Virus record (IMG/VR): IMGVR_UViG_3300031454_000257
Coordinates: 1-45,097 of that record
Origin: a virus
Taxonomy: Duplodnaviria > Caudoviricetes
Reading direction: 5' to 3' (one strand)
DNA length: 45,097 nucleotides
The position numbers and the translations under genes were made by a program. Below are positions 43,946 to 45,097 of the stretch, piece after piece (within the stretch, counting starts at the first letter, position 1; every line of letters starts with the position of its first letter). The notes under the pieces are model-generated. The model did not search any database. It was not told the origin of the DNA and saw only the letters and a program-made list of their open reading frames with translations.

Positions 43946-45097
43946 ATGTCCATCACAACCATCTACTCGGAAAAGGAAAAACCCGGCTGGACTTATGACC
44001 GCAAAAAGAAAGAGTGGCGCGGCTACCTGCTCGACATCCTCTGCTTTGACGGCAAAAATAAACCCTTAAAACGAAAACGCATTCAGTATTCGAGCAAATC
44101 GGACGCCGTAGATGCCGAGCTTGAAATCGAGACGGAAAAGAAAAACGCCGCGTTCGGCATCTATAAAACCAAAGAAACACGCCGCATAACGCTTAAAGAA
44201 TTATTCGATAAACGTCTCATTCTTCTAACCGAACGCAAACGGCGCGAATTAGAAAGGCGTGTCTTAAACCGCTTTGCCGACATTTGCGGCGAAGATTTTG
44301 CAGTCGAAGATTTGAAAACGTCTCATATCTACCGTTACGCCGAAACGCGCGCCGCCGAAAAAACCGCGCGGAACACTTTGCTGACGCCGCAGACGATAAA
44401 CCGCGAGCTGACGATTATCTCGAGCGCGCTGCGGCAGTCGCCCCGTTTCTTCGCCGAGCTTGAAGACTACCAGCCGCCGCGCATACCGCGCCAAAAGGCG
44501 AAAGAAAATCGCCGCACGCGCACAACGACGCCAGAAGAAAAGATGCGCCTTCTCGCGTGGCTCGGCGCAAAGTTGCGCGACAACGAAACCGCAGCCTATT
44601 ACAACGAACGCATCAAAATCTTTCACGCCCTGCGTTTTGCGTGGCTGACGGGCGCGCGCAAAAAGGAAGTCGCGCGGATACAATGGAAAGACTATGACGC
44701 GCGGCGCGACCGCTTGTCGGTTTATCGCTATAAAAATAAATTGATGAGCGTGTTTTCCCCCGTCCCGCGCAAAATCAAAGAATTGTTTGAAGAACGAAAG
44801 CCTTTCTCCGGCGGCGCGTTTATCTTTACCGAAGCGGGCGAGTTTAACAGCTACTTTGAATCAATTGTCGAAGCGGCGTGCATTGACGCAAATATCAATT
44901 ACGGCAGATTTGCCGACGACGGCTTTACTTTTCACACTGCGCGGCACGATTTTATTACGAACCTTATTCAGAAAGGCGTCGACATCGAAACCGTGCGCGA
45001 GCTGGCGGGCATATCGAAATCGGAAATCCTGCTGCTTTACGCGCACGCGAGCGCGGAGACAAGAAAGCGCGCCGTTCTGATTATTGACGATTTTTAA
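43946..45097 (+). CDS. int: Tyrosine recombinase/integrase
   Basis: TINRELT, TGARKKE (Arg), FHTARH (HxxR), LLYAH (Tyr). Confidence 0.92.
   Translation: MSITTIYSEKEKPGWTYDRKKKEWRGYLLDILCFDGKNKPLKRKRIQYSSKSDAVDAELEIETEKKNAAFGIYKTKETRRITLKELFDKRLILLTERKRRELERRVLNRFADICGEDFAVEDLKTSHIYRYAETRAAEKTARNTLLTPQTINRELTIISSALRQSPRFFAELEDYQPPRIPRQKAKENRRTRTTTPEEKMRLLAWLGAKLRDNETAAYYNERIKIFHALRFAWLTGARKKEVARIQWKDYDARRDRLSVYRYKNKLMSVFSPVPRKIKELFEERKPFSGGAFIFTEAGEFNSYFESIVEAACIDANINYGRFADDGFTFHTARHDFITNLIQKGVDIETVRELAGISKSEILLLYAHASAETRKRAVLIIDDF

Larger units (their letters stand above)
1..45097. mobile_element. Temperate siphovirus-like prophage (distal tail genes and att sites probably outside the window)
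   Basis: Integrase, repressor switch, replication, lysis, terminase, portal, capsid, tail tube, frameshifted chaperone and tape measure in a coherent order; no sheath gene seen. Confidence 0.95.

Noticed and set aside
1-45097. tRNA, rRNA, reverse transcriptase/DGR, attL/attR
   Set aside because: No cloverleaf, RT motif or TR/VR pair was seen by eye; the window ends at gene boundaries, so att sites cannot be assessed

Overview
Near-complete temperate siphovirus-like prophage (about 45 kb), trimmed at a tail gene on the left and at the integrase stop on the right, so no att site is visible. The minus strand carries, right to left: an RHH Cro-like gene and early genes (SWIM, HNH-AP2, Xis-like, CII-like, DNA MTase, VRR-NUC, SSB-like); an AAA helicase plus DUF6371-type primase with an inverted-iteron origin; a Com-like Zn ribbon; lysis genes; fibre-like genes; terminase, portal, head, neck and tail genes; a frameshifted tail chaperone; the tape measure; and a malectin-fused tail protein. 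The plus strand at the right end carries a lysogeny operon (XRE repressor, ImmA/IrrE protease, HsdR-N nuclease, exported proteins) and the integrase. A 6-kb AT-richer island separates the tail chaperones from the tape measure and holds a second repressor/operator switch, BrnTA and other morons. Best candidates for undescribed systems: (1) a cassette-like array of unrelated exported proteins sharing one DNA-level 'MKTL' signal-peptide leader, bounded by a direct repeat and ending in an empty leader; (2) distributed late-gene attenuation, with promoter, boxA-like AACAATTT and terminator directly before three late operons, possibly controlled by the Com-like protein; (3) an immI-like second switch; (4) a C4/CI-like RNA switch ahead of the replication genes. 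All protein calls come from motif recognition by eye; no searches or folding programs were run.
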